Shown here in pieces: positions 34,040 through 43,965 of a DNA stretch of 64,000 bases; position 1 is the stretch's first letter, and each line of letters begins with the position of its first letter. Made by a program: the position numbers and the translations under genes. The notes below the pieces were generated by a model, which did not search any database, was not told the DNA's origin, and worked only from the letters and a program-made list of their open reading frames with translations. The DNA is from Rhodobacteraceae bacterium UBA7436 (GTDB taxonomy: Bacteria > Pseudomonadota > Alphaproteobacteria > Rhodobacterales > Rhodobacteraceae): assembly GCA_002478745.1 (NCBI GenBank), contig DLQI01000065.1:10574-74573 (forward strand), written 5' to 3'.

Positions 34040-34066
34040 AAAGGCCCCGCAATGCGGGGCCTTTTT
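34040..34066 (+). terminator. rho-independent terminator
   Basis: AAAGGCCCCGC-AAT-GCGGGGCCTTTTT. Confidence 0.9.
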
Positions 34067-34131
34067 CCATCTGCCCTTGAATATCATCCCCAAACACGCG
34101 ATTTGTAAGAAGGATTAATGAGGAGCCGAAG

Positions 34132-35244
34132 ATGGGCCTACCAGTACGTGATCAACTAAAATATTGGGGCCTCACTGCTGCGATATTTTTTGTCCTGCTT
34201 TGGGTATTGGGGGACGTACTTCTGCCCTTCGTCCTAGGCGCTGCTGTTGCCTATTTCCTTGATCCCGTTGCAGACCGTCTTGAAGCCCTTGGTGCCAGCC
34301 GTGTTTTGGCAACAGCCACTATCACCCTGACTGCGGTTTTCATCTTTGTTCTGGTTGCTTTGTTGGTAATCCCAACCCTCATTCACCAAACCACATCTCT
34401 TTTTGCCAGCGCTCCGCAATATGCGACCGACCTAGGGATGATGCTCACGGAACGCTTTCCTGCATTGCTCGACGAAACATCGCCTCTTAGCCAAACCCTG
34501 TACAGTGTCGGGGAGACGATCAAAAGCAGAGGTGGCACATTGCTGAATACGGCCCTCAGCTCAGCAGCATCTTTGATCAGCATCATTACACTGTTCGTCA
34601 TCGTACCTGTAGTGTCGGTCTATTTATTATTAGATTGGGACAACATGATCGCCCGTATCGATGAACTGATGCCCCGCGACCACGCGCCCATCATTCGCAC
34701 ACTTGCCAAACAAATCGACCAAACCCTAGCCGCATTCATTCGCGGCATGGGCACCGTTTGCCTGATCCTTGGAACATACTACGCTTTTGCGTTGATGATC
34801 GTCGGCTTGCAATTTGGTCTGGTCGTAGGCTTTATCGCAGGTCTAATTACCTTCATTCCATACCTTGGCTCACTTATAGGCGGCGTATTAGCCATCGGCC
34901 TTGCCCTGTTCCAATTCTGGAACGGTGTTGAGGTCACAACAGATGGCGTCATCACATATTCAACTGATTGGATGCGCATTGGCCTTGTCGCGATCGTCTT
35001 TGTTATTGGACAAGTAATCGAGGGCAACTATCTGACCCCGAAACTTGTCGGCAACAGCGTTGGCCTGCATCCTGTTTGGTTACTTTTGTCTTTGTCAGTG
35101 TTCGGAACAGTCTTTGGTTTCGTAGGTCTACTTGTCGCCGTGCCTTTGGCAGCTGCAATTGGTGTAATCATCCGCTTTGCAATAGGACAGTACAACACCA
35201 GCCTGCTTTACAAAGGGCACAGCCGAGAGTCCGACGACGCATGA
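34132..35244 (+). CDS. AI-2E family transporter (PerM-like)
   Basis: LPF..G..AY.LDP..D.LE, FIPYLG, EGNYLTPKLVG.SVGLHPVW. Confidence 0.92.
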   Translation: MGLPVRDQLKYWGLTAAIFFVLLWVLGDVLLPFVLGAAVAYFLDPVADRLEALGASRVLATATITLTAVFIFVLVALLVIPTLIHQTTSLFASAPQYATDLGMMLTERFPALLDETSPLSQTLYSVGETIKSRGGTLLNTALSSAASLISIITLFVIVPVVSVYLLLDWDNMIARIDELMPRDHAPIIRTLAKQIDQTLAAFIRGMGTVCLILGTYYAFALMIVGLQFGLVVGFIAGLITFIPYLGSLIGGVLAIGLALFQFWNGVEVTTDGVITYSTDWMRIGLVAIVFVIGQVIEGNYLTPKLVGNSVGLHPVWLLLSLSVFGTVFGFVGLLVAVPLAAAIGVIIRFAIGQYNTSLLYKGHSRESDDA

Positions 35245-35912
35245 ACCAGCAACTTAGTTTTGATTTACCCGTTGTGCCGGCCCTCGGGCGCGACGACTTC
35301 ATGATTGCGCCCAGTAATGCATTGGCAGTCGCGATGATGGAAACCTCCCAAAACTGGGAAGGGGGAAAACTCATTTTATGTGGTCCCGAAGGTTCAGGCA
35401 AAACTCACCTGTCTCACGTCTGGGCAGGCACGCACGATGGGCAAATTGTCTCCGCTATGAATCTTTCAGATGCTGATATTCCAACCCTTGCGCAAGCGGC
35501 TGTTGTCGTTGAGGACGTCCCAAACATAGCTGCAAACTCCGACGCTCAAACCGCGTTGTTTCACCTACACAACTTGATGCGCATGAACCAGAACCCCTTG
35601 TTGATGACCGGCACTGGCACACCGAACCACTGGGGCCTTAACCTTCCAGACCTTCAGAGCCGCATAGACGCAGCAGGCGTTGCGACCCTTGAAGCACCTG
35701 ACGATACTCTTTTGGGTGCGGTAATTGCCAAACAATTTAGTGACCGCCAGCTTATGCCTCGTCCTGATGTGATCCCATTTTTGGTCCTTCGCATTGATCG
35801 CTCGTTTGCAGCAGCACGGGAGGTTGTTTGCGCGATGGATGGCCATAGCCTTGCACGCCACAAACCGTTGACACGCGCACTAGCCTCTCAAGTGCTGGAC
35901 AACTTGGGATAA
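35241..35912 (+). CDS. hdaA: DnaA regulatory inactivator HdaA
   Basis: N-terminal QLSF clamp-binding motif, GPEGSGKTHL Walker A, LPDLQSR; ATG 35241. Confidence 0.85.
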   Translation: MNQQLSFDLPVVPALGRDDFMIAPSNALAVAMMETSQNWEGGKLILCGPEGSGKTHLSHVWAGTHDGQIVSAMNLSDADIPTLAQAAVVVEDVPNIAANSDAQTALFHLHNLMRMNQNPLLMTGTGTPNHWGLNLPDLQSRIDAAGVATLEAPDDTLLGAVIAKQFSDRQLMPRPDVIPFLVLRIDRSFAAAREVVCAMDGHSLARHKPLTRALASQVLDNLG

Positions 35913-35964
35913 ACCGCGCAATAATCGCCACTTAGACGTCATAGTTGAGTGCTACCAAAATCCT

Positions 35965-38154
35965 ATGTCACACGCTGATTTCCTTAAAGCGCCCTTTGAT
36001 GCGCCAACGCACCTCCCTGATTTGGATTCATCCAGCGCAGATAGGTTCTATAATCGTGAACTAAGCTGGCTTGGTTTCAATTGGCGCGTTCTTCAAGAAG
36101 CCGAAAACCAACGTGTCCCACTGCTCGAACGGCTTCGCTTTCTTTCAATCAGTGCAGATAACCTAGACGAATTTTACACCGTTCGCGTCGCAGGTCTGCG
36201 TGAATTGGCGCGCGCAGGTAACGTGACACCAGGCATTGACGGGCTGTCCCCTGCTGAACAATTGAAACTGATCGACGAAAACGCGCGTGATCTGATGTAC
36301 ACGCAACAACGCGTTCTTGGTGAGTTGCACAAAGAGATGGAAGCGCAGGACATTACGATCCTGCAACTTGACGATTTAACCGATGATGACCGCGTATTTC
36401 TACAGGATTTCTTCGTAAGCCAAGTGTTCGCCGTGCTCTCGCCTTTGGCGATTGATCCGGCTCATCCCTTCCCATTCATCCCAAACACGGGCTATGCGCT
36501 GGCGCTACAACTGCAACGCAAACGTGACAAACGTAACTTGCAGGCCCTATTGCCAATCCCGGCACAGATCGACCGTTTCATTTCAATACCCAGCGCCAAA
36601 GGTCACAGATTTTTACCGCTTGAAGCACTGCTCGTCCTTAATATCTCCGGCCTGTTCCCAGGATATGAACTCAAAGGTCACTTTGAATTCCGCGTCCTAA
36701 GGGACAGCGATCTAGAGGTAGAAGACGAAGCCGAAGATTTGGTGCGCGAGTTTGAAGTCGCGCTGAAACGCCGCAAACGCGGTCAGGTTGTTCGGATAAA
36801 CATTTCGACTGGTGCGCCGCAAAAGCTCAAATCCGTCGTTATGGCCGAACTGGGCGTGGGCGACGAAGAGCTGATCGAGATCGACGGCATGATTGGCGTC
36901 GATGACCTAAGCGAATTGGTGCTAGACGAACGCCCCGATCTTTTATGGCCCTCTTTCAAGCCACGCGTGCCTGAGCGGGTAACCGATTTTGAGGGCGACA
37001 TGTTCGCCGCTATTCGTCAAAAAGACATGCTTCTGCATCACCCTTACGAAACCTTTGATATGGTTGTTCGTTTCTTGCAGCAGGCTGCACGTGATCCAAA
37101 TGTAGTTGCGATCAAGCAAACGCTTTACCGCACATCCAAGCGGTCCCCGATTGTCGAAGCGCTGTGTGAAGCCGCCGAAGATGGCAAGTCTGTCACCGCA
37201 TTGGTTGAGCTAAAGGCGCGCTTTGACGAGGCCGCTAATATTCGCCAATCACGCCGTTTGGAGCGCGCAGGTGCGCATGTTGTATACGGATTTATCGATT
37301 TAAAAACCCATGCAAAGATTAGCACTGTTGTGCGCCGTGAAGGCAGTGAACTGGTAACTTATACCCACTACGGCACCGGCAACTATCACCCGATCACCGC
37401 ACGTATTTACACCGACCTATCGCTCTTTACATGCGACGCAAAATTGGGCCGCGACGCGACAAAGGTATTTAACTATCTGTCAGGTTATGCCCCACCCGAA
37501 AACCTTAGCAATCTTGCGATCTCGCCTGCAAACCTAAAGACCCGCCTGCTCGAAATGATCGCAGCAGAGGCGGAACACGCGCGTGCTGGCCAGCCTGCTG
37601 AGATCTGGGCAAAAATGAATAGCCTTATTGAAAAGGAAATCATTGATGCTCTGTATGCAGCCTCCCAAGACGGCGTGAAAATCAGCCTTGTTGTGCGTGG
37701 TATCTGTGGTTTGCGTCCGGGCATCAAAGGTCTCTCCGAGAACATTCGTGTTAAATCAATCGTCGGACGTTTTCTTGAGCATTCGCGCATTGTTTGCTTT
37801 GGCAACGGCCACGGCCTACCCCACAAAAAAGCAAAGGTGTTCATATCCTCTGCCGACTGGATGAGCCGCAATTTGAACCGCCGTGTGGAAACATTGGTCG
37901 AAATAACAAATGGCACAGTTAAGGCGCAAATCGTGTCCCAAATCATGGCCGCAAATCTCGCAGACGTGACCCAAAGTTGGGTTATGGCACCTGATGGCAC
38001 ATTTAATCGACCTCCCGTTGATGAAGGCACCTTTGAATTTAATTGCCATCGCTTCTTTATGGAGAACCCATCACTGTCAGGACGTGGATCTGCGGGTGCA
38101 TCCGATGTTCCAAAATTGACCCATACGAAGAACGAACCACCAAAGCCCAATTGA
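35965..38154 (+). CDS. ppk1: polyphosphate kinase 1
   Basis: NRELSWL, AHPFP, LHHPY, IKQTLYR, LKTHAK, GTGNY, GRFLEHSR, SADWM.RN. Confidence 0.96.
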   Translation: MSHADFLKAPFDAPTHLPDLDSSSADRFYNRELSWLGFNWRVLQEAENQRVPLLERLRFLSISADNLDEFYTVRVAGLRELARAGNVTPGIDGLSPAEQLKLIDENARDLMYTQQRVLGELHKEMEAQDITILQLDDLTDDDRVFLQDFFVSQVFAVLSPLAIDPAHPFPFIPNTGYALALQLQRKRDKRNLQALLPIPAQIDRFISIPSAKGHRFLPLEALLVLNISGLFPGYELKGHFEFRVLRDSDLEVEDEAEDLVREFEVALKRRKRGQVVRINISTGAPQKLKSVVMAELGVGDEELIEIDGMIGVDDLSELVLDERPDLLWPSFKPRVPERVTDFEGDMFAAIRQKDMLLHHPYETFDMVVRFLQQAARDPNVVAIKQTLYRTSKRSPIVEALCEAAEDGKSVTALVELKARFDEAANIRQSRRLERAGAHVVYGFIDLKTHAKISTVVRREGSELVTYTHYGTGNYHPITARIYTDLSLFTCDAKLGRDATKVFNYLSGYAPPENLSNLAISPANLKTRLLEMIAAEAEHARAGQPAEIWAKMNSLIEKEIIDALYAASQDGVKISLVVRGICGLRPGIKGLSENIRVKSIVGRFLEHSRIVCFGNGHGLPHKKAKVFISSADWMSRNLNRRVETLVEITNGTVKAQIVSQIMAANLADVTQSWVMAPDGTFNRPPVDEGTFEFNCHRFFMENPSLSGRGSAGASDVPKLTHTKNEPPKPN

Positions 38155-38223
38155 TTTCTAACTTTATCGCGCTTAACCGAACGGCGCACAATTGATTGCA
38201 CATCCTGATAGGGAAAACCGGAC

Positions 38224-39765
38224 GTGAAAACAGAAACCTCTGCTGACGAAACGGGCTCATTCGGCCTTTCCCTTTTTGATGATCCCAGTACGCGCGCCCT
38301 ATCACGCGTTGGTGTTGTGGATGTTGGATCAAATTCGGTCCGCATGGTTGTTTTTGATGGCGCGGCACGTAGTCCCGCATACTTTTATAACGAAAAAATC
38401 ATGTGTGCCTTAGGCGCTGGCGTATCTGAAACGGGCAACTTAAATCCTAAGGGCCGTGACCGTGCGCTGGCCGCAATGATCCGGTTCAAACATCTTGCTG
38501 ATGGAATGGGCCTGTCTGAACTAACTGTTGTTGCAACAGCTGCGGTGCGTGACGCCCAAGACGGTCCAGCATTCTGTGCTGATGTCTTGCAACATACTGG
38601 CCTGCGCATCTGGGTTATTGATGGCAAAGAAGAGGCTCGACTTTCAGCACAAGGCGTGCTGCTTGGTTGGCCTGGTGCCTATGGTCTGATTTGCGATATT
38701 GGCGGTTCTTCGATGGAATTGGCTGAGATCTCAGAAGGGCGCGTTGGCAAACGTGTAACATCCAACCTAGGCCCGTTGAAGCTTCAGGGACTTAGTGGTG
38801 GGCACAAAGGACGCAAGGCACACATCAAAGAAACCGTGGCGAGCCTTGTTGAACAAATGGGCGCACAACGTGATCGCCTTTTCTTAGTTGGCGGAAGCTG
38901 GCGCGCGATTGCGCGCATCGATATGCACCGTCGCGGCTATCCGCTACATGTTTTGCACGAATACCGGATGACCCCGGCTCATGTGTCCCGCACCGCAAAA
39001 TACATTGCTGAGGCTGACATCGAAGAGTTGCGCAGCGCTTGCGGCATATCATCCGCCCGCATGATCTTGGTTCCCCTGGCAGCCATGGTCCTCAAGCAGC
39101 TCGTCAAAGCGTTCAAGCCCACAGATATCGCCATCAGCAGCTATGGTATCCGCGAAGGGCTGCTTTATGAGCAAATGCCCCAAAGATTGCGTGACCGCGA
39201 TCCATTGATTGAGGCATCACGTTTCGCCGAAAACAAAGACGCCCGCATGCCCGGATTTGGGAAATCTCTTTATGATTTCGTTTTACCGCTGTTCAAATCA
39301 GCCCCCGAAACGCGCAAACGCTTGATCAAAGCGGCCTGCATGTTGCACGACGTCAGTTGGCGTGCACATCCAGATTACCGCGCAGAGGTCTGTTTTGATA
39401 ATGCGACCCGCGCCAATCTTGGCGGCCTGAACCACCATGAACGTATCTTCCTTGGCCTGGCGTTACTACACCGCTACTCCAACAGCCGCGAAGGCACACG
39501 GTTCGAAGAGCTGTACACACTGGTTGACGAAAAGACCCAGTTAGAGGCTGAGGTTCTGGGCAAAGCCATGCGTTTTGGTGCCATGCTTTGGATGGAGAAA
39601 GGCGCCGAACGAGCAACTTTCAAATGGTATCCTAAGAAGCGGATCTTGGAACTGCGCATGACGCGTGATGCGATGCCACTGTTTGGCGAGGTAGCAGAGG
39701 CACGTTTGAAATCGCTTGCCTCTTCACTGCAAGCCGAACTGGTTGTCAAAACCCGCAAGGATTAA
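38224..39765 (+). CDS. ppx: exopolyphosphatase Ppx/GppA family
   Basis: VDVGSNSVR, ATAAVRDA, DIGGSSMEL, GIREG, LHDVSW. Confidence 0.93.
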   Translation: MKTETSADETGSFGLSLFDDPSTRALSRVGVVDVGSNSVRMVVFDGAARSPAYFYNEKIMCALGAGVSETGNLNPKGRDRALAAMIRFKHLADGMGLSELTVVATAAVRDAQDGPAFCADVLQHTGLRIWVIDGKEEARLSAQGVLLGWPGAYGLICDIGGSSMELAEISEGRVGKRVTSNLGPLKLQGLSGGHKGRKAHIKETVASLVEQMGAQRDRLFLVGGSWRAIARIDMHRRGYPLHVLHEYRMTPAHVSRTAKYIAEADIEELRSACGISSARMILVPLAAMVLKQLVKAFKPTDIAISSYGIREGLLYEQMPQRLRDRDPLIEASRFAENKDARMPGFGKSLYDFVLPLFKSAPETRKRLIKAACMLHDVSWRAHPDYRAEVCFDNATRANLGGLNHHERIFLGLALLHRYSNSREGTRFEELYTLVDEKTQLEAEVLGKAMRFGAMLWMEKGAERATFKWYPKKRILELRMTRDAMPLFGEVAEARLKSLASSLQAELVVKTRKD

Positions 39766-39772
39766 TCGCGCT

Positions 39773-40798
39773 TTAAACGTCGATATCCAAAGTTACCGGA
39801 AAATGGTCTGACGCCGTAACCAGCGCATCGCGCAGTTCTGCCGTATCCCAACATTTCGGATCATCCAACGGATGCCATATGCGCCATGATGCATTGCGTT
39901 TTTCAAGATCGGGCGATACCATGATGTAGTCTAACAAAGCCTGCAAAAACCGTTTGTGGTGTTTAACAAAGAACCGCGATGTTGTTGGCGTAGCTGCCAA
40001 GCGGCGCGACAACGCAATCTGTGCATGCGGTTCAATCAGCTTTGGTATGCCTTTGTCCCCCAACAGTACTTCGACTGAGGAGCGACCAAACAGATGTTCG
40101 TATTCGTCCAATCCTGGGCCATCGTTCATATCACCCATAACAACCAAAGGCGTGCCCTGATCTAAATGATCAGTGATCCTTTGACGTAACCAAATCGCCT
40201 GCGCCAATTGTTTGCGGCGATTGGCAATGGAAAAGCGCATGACTTCATCGCGATTGCGTGCACCATGGGCGGCCTTTGATTTCAAGTGTGCACCGATAAG
40301 ATGCAGATCAAATCCAGCCTTAGTCTTAATGGCCAATTCCAAAGGTGGCTTTGAAAAAGTAACCAAATCCTCGACATTATCGACGTCCAAATCAATGCGA
40401 AACGCACCATCAAAACGCGGTGCATTGCGACCTCCTCCTTCGCCCAAATCATCGCCCTTGGGATCATGGCGTACAGTCATTGCGTCCGGATCATACAACA
40501 TCGCAATCTCTTGCTGCGTGTCATTCGCGAAACCAATGGCGGCTTTGCGGGCCCGCAATCCAAACCGCGCAGCAAACGTTTCAAGCGCCAAAGCGGCATC
40601 GCGACGTTTGCCTTGGTCCGGTGCCTCGATAATCATGACGGCATCCGCGTCCATCGCCTTAAAGACTACGCCCAAGGCATCGGTTTGTTCCTTGCGTGTC
40701 ACCTTGTGCCGAGAGGACCAACCATCGTCATTCAAAGGTACCCCGTCGTTGTCGAACAAACGGTCCATCCATTCGATATTATATGTTGCAATGCGCAT
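39773..40798 (-). CDS. endonuclease/exonuclease/phosphatase family protein
   Basis: ATYNIEW, HLKSK, GDMND, LDYI, SDHFPV. Confidence 0.9.
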   Translation of the reverse strand: MRIATYNIEWMDRLFDNDGVPLNDDGWSSRHKVTRKEQTDALGVVFKAMDADAVMIIEAPDQGKRRDAALALETFAARFGLRARKAAIGFANDTQQEIAMLYDPDAMTVRHDPKGDDLGEGGGRNAPRFDGAFRIDLDVDNVEDLVTFSKPPLELAIKTKAGFDLHLIGAHLKSKAAHGARNRDEVMRFSIANRRKQLAQAIWLRQRITDHLDQGTPLVVMGDMNDGPGLDEYEHLFGRSSVEVLLGDKGIPKLIEPHAQIALSRRLAATPTTSRFFVKHHKRFLQALLDYIMVSPDLEKRNASWRIWHPLDDPKCWDTAELRDALVTASDHFPVTLDIDV

Positions 40799-41478
40799 TA
40801 TGCGTGTTCTTTTCTAATGTCATCCCAAGCGCGGTTGATATCGATCATACGTTTCTCCGCCAACAATACGGCCTCTTCAGGGATGCCGCGTGCAACCATC
40901 GCATCGGGGTGATTGTCACGTACAAGCTGTCGCCATACTTTGCGCATGTCTTCAAATGACATGTCTGGATTCAGCCCCAATACAGCATAAGGATCTTGTT
41001 CCGCGTCAGGCACAAAACGTGCTCTTAAGGCTCTGAATTCGCCCGCCGAAACTTCGAAAATCTCAGCCACACGTTCTAAAAAAGCATTCTCGTTCGGGTG
41101 ATAAAATCCATCTGCCATCGCAATATGGAATAAACCTTCCATCAAATCCTTTAGCGTGTGCGGATCTTCATGGAACATCGTATGAATACGGGTCGCATAG
41201 GTTTCAAAACCTGCAACATCTGTGCGTGCCAAATTGAAAACACGGGCGGCCCCAGCTTCGTCTTGGCGAGCAATATCAAACACTTCACGAAAGGCCGTGA
41301 CCTCATCACGTGTGACATGCCCATCCGCTTTTGCCATTTTTGCACCCAATGCAATCACAGCAATCGCAAATGCGACTGAGCGTTCGGGCGGGCTACGCAG
41401 TTTGTCAAAAACCGACCACAAGGTCTCCCCAGAAGTGAGGGCAGCAAGAGCTTCAGCGATACGGGACCATATAGACAT
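40798..41478 (-). CDS. djlA: DjlA-like co-chaperone (TerB-like + DnaJ domain)
   Basis: AKMAKADG.V, DPY.VLG, HPD motif, IN.AWD. Confidence 0.85.
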   Translation of the reverse strand: MSIWSRIAEALAALTSGETLWSVFDKLRSPPERSVAFAIAVIALGAKMAKADGHVTRDEVTAFREVFDIARQDEAGAARVFNLARTDVAGFETYATRIHTMFHEDPHTLKDLMEGLFHIAMADGFYHPNENAFLERVAEIFEVSAGEFRALRARFVPDAEQDPYAVLGLNPDMSFEDMRKVWRQLVRDNHPDAMVARGIPEEAVLLAEKRMIDINRAWDDIRKEHA

Positions 41479-41487
41479 AGCGTCACC

Positions 41488-41988
41488 CTATCCTTTGCGT
41501 TCAGAAGTGTCAGTGGGCGTTTCTAGAATTAAGTGCATTAATATCAAATCATGCCAGACAGCATTTTTACGACCAACTTCAGGCAAGTGGCCGGCCTGCG
41601 TGAATCCACATTTTTCATGAAACGCAACGGCGTTGGCATTCCCGCCACTAATGGCCCCGATCATCACATGATGGCCAAGCGTCATGGCAGCACTCACAAG
41701 GGCATCCATCAACGCCCGCCCCAATCCTTTGCCCTGCACAAGGTAGATTGAGTGCTCGACTGTATGCGCATACCCTGGACCGCCACGAAACGCCCCAAAC
41801 AACGCAAAACCCTCAAACACGCCCTCTTGCTCACAGATAAAGACACTCCGCCCAGGATCCATGATCATAGCTTCAACGTCACTGCATACTTTCAGCTCAG
41901 TGGTAAAGGTAACGGCTGTCTCACGAATTAAATCGTTCCATAGCGCGGTGATCGAGTGCGCATCAGCAATAACGGCAGAACGGATCAC
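41488..41988 (-). CDS. GNAT N-acetyltransferase (phosphinothricin acetyltransferase/YncA-like)
   Basis: FRGGPGYAHTVEHSIY, GKGLGR, FHEKCGF, VGRK..WHD. Confidence 0.88.
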   Translation of the reverse strand: MIRSAVIADAHSITALWNDLIRETAVTFTTELKVCSDVEAMIMDPGRSVFICEQEGVFEGFALFGAFRGGPGYAHTVEHSIYLVQGKGLGRALMDALVSAAMTLGHHVMIGAISGGNANAVAFHEKCGFTQAGHLPEVGRKNAVWHDLILMHLILETPTDTSERKG

Positions 41989-42593
41989 AACCGTCGTATC
42001 CCATGCGGCGTATCAAATTCTGCCATCAACTCTTGGGGTCCAACCTCAAACACAACACGAACGTCCGTCAGCGCCTTTTTCACCGCAGTCTCCAACTCTT
42101 TTGCCTGTGGGTGCGCGATAACAAGACGACGCAAACGGCAACCCGAGGGCGGCAACATCTCAGCGGGATGCATCGCTGTCTGCCATTGGATCAACGCAGG
42201 GCATTGATTGTCGAAGGGTAAAACCCCGCTGGCAGGAACAACCATCTGCCAGCGCAAATCACCGCGCTGCAATGCGACTGCTTCACCAATGCCTTCTGGT
42301 AACAAAGCCATTTCATCATCAAGCGCCTCACTGCGGCATATCCAATTGCTCAGGCGCGGATTGCCTGAAAACCGGTCAAGATCAAACCACCTTGGGCGGT
42401 CAGGATTAGGAGCATCAGGATTGATCGCAATCGCTTCCAAATACAAACCATCGGCCAATCCCATCAGCTTATTATGCGTATGAAAAACAGCGTGTTCGCC
42501 ACCCGGTCGCATCGAAATCCCCAAGGCCTCCTCGACGTAGGACTGAGCCTGTTCAAGTGTCTCGCCGGACACCGCCAAATGATCTAGCAGCAT
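41985..42593 (-). CDS. VOC family protein (Glyoxalase_3)
   Basis: LDHLAV, GGEH..F.THN.L, YLEAIAINP, P.LIQW. Confidence 0.85.
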   Translation of the reverse strand: MLLDHLAVSGETLEQAQSYVEEALGISMRPGGEHAVFHTHNKLMGLADGLYLEAIAINPDAPNPDRPRWFDLDRFSGNPRLSNWICRSEALDDEMALLPEGIGEAVALQRGDLRWQMVVPASGVLPFDNQCPALIQWQTAMHPAEMLPPSGCRLRRLVIAHPQAKELETAVKKALTDVRVVFEVGPQELMAEFDTPHGIRRL

Positions 42594-42723
42594 GGGATCG
42601 CCTCATTACTATGCATTGCGAAAATAATCCAAAAATTAAGAGTAGTTTTGCAGGAATTTACATTGATTTCGAGGGGCAAAATCTTATTTGCCTTATAATA
42701 CCTGACAATTTTGGAGCGATTTA

Positions 42724-43911
42724 ATGTTTTTACGAGCCATCGACCGGTTTTTTAGCCATGAAGCATCGGGAGGGATCCTGCTTATGCTGTCAGCATTGGC
42801 AGCGATGATAGTTGCCAACTCTGCATTGTCAGGCCTTTATGAATCCGTACTTGGCGCAAAGTTCTCTGTTCTGATCAACGGCGAAGGTCTTTCTAAACCA
42901 CTGATCTTGTGGATCAACGACGGCCTCATGGCGATCTTCTTCTTCCTGATCGGTCTGGAACTAAAGCGCGAAATTCTCGAGGGCAAACTCAAGAACCCAA
43001 GCGATATCATTTTGCCGGGCGTTGCAGCCATCGGCGGCATGGCCCTACCAGCTTTGGTCTTCGTACTCTTCAACTGGAACATCGTTGAAAATATCAGCGG
43101 TTGGGCCATTCCTGCAGCAACCGACATTGCATTTGCGCTGGGTATCCTCGCACTTGTGGGCAGCCGCGCCCCTGCATCGCTCAAGGTATTCTTGCTAACA
43201 CTGGCAATTTTGGATGACCTTGGCGCAATCATTATCATCGCCTTGTTCTATACGGCAGAACTGAAGGTAGATTACCTATTCCTTGCATTGCTTCCATTGG
43301 CGGGCTTGCTATGGCTCAATATAAAAGGTGCGCACCGTATCGCTCCTGCCCTGCTCTTGGGCGCGATCATGTGGTACTTCGTTCTTAAGTCTGGGGTTCA
43401 CGCAACCTTGGCTGGCGTTGTCACAGCATTCTGTATTCCGCTCAAAGACAAATGGGGCAAGTCGCCACTCCATTCTCTTGAGAATGGCCTGACACCCTAT
43501 GTATTATACCTCATCATCCCGATTTTTGCTTTCGCAAACGCAGGTGTTGTCCTCAAAGGTATGACCTTCAATGATCTGCTGGCACCTCTTCCATTGGGTA
43601 TCGCACTAGGCTTGATCGTCGGGAAACAAGTTGGTGTATTTGGTCTAACAATGTTGATGGTCAAAACAGGCATCGCCAAGATGCCACATGGGGCGACCGC
43701 ATTGCACATCTACGGCATCTCTTGCTTGGCTGGGGTCGGCTTCACAATGTCCCTATTCATTGGTGGCCTTAGCTTTGCCGATGCAGAAATGATGAACCAA
43801 GTTCGCTTGGGCGTGCTAAGCGGTTCTATTGTATCCGGTATCTTAGGCTACTCAGCGTTGATGCTGGCATCGCGCCAATCATCCCAAGATGATGCACCCG
43901 CATCTGCATAA
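42724..43911 (+). CDS. nhaA: Na+/H+ antiporter NhaA
   Basis: WINDGLMAIFF, GWAIPAATDIAFA, LAILDD, SGVHATLAG, GFTMSLFI. Confidence 0.96.
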   Translation: MFLRAIDRFFSHEASGGILLMLSALAAMIVANSALSGLYESVLGAKFSVLINGEGLSKPLILWINDGLMAIFFFLIGLELKREILEGKLKNPSDIILPGVAAIGGMALPALVFVLFNWNIVENISGWAIPAATDIAFALGILALVGSRAPASLKVFLLTLAILDDLGAIIIIALFYTAELKVDYLFLALLPLAGLLWLNIKGAHRIAPALLLGAIMWYFVLKSGVHATLAGVVTAFCIPLKDKWGKSPLHSLENGLTPYVLYLIIPIFAFANAGVVLKGMTFNDLLAPLPLGIALGLIVGKQVGVFGLTMLMVKTGIAKMPHGATALHIYGISCLAGVGFTMSLFIGGLSFADAEMMNQVRLGVLSGSIVSGILGYSALMLASRQSSQDDAPASA

Positions 43912-43913
43912 AC

Positions 43914-43942
43914 AAAAAGGGGCAGCCATTGGCTGCCCCTTC
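43914..43942. terminator. bidirectional terminator between nhaA and scpA
   Basis: AAGGGGCAGCC-ATT-GGCTGCCCCTT. Confidence 0.85.
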
Positions 43943-43965
43943 TCAGATCCCGTCTTGTCTGCCCT

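Noticed and set aside
34968-35912. 314-aa version of HdaA
   Set aside because: Extension overlaps the AI-2E gene in another frame; QLSF motif marks the start at 35241
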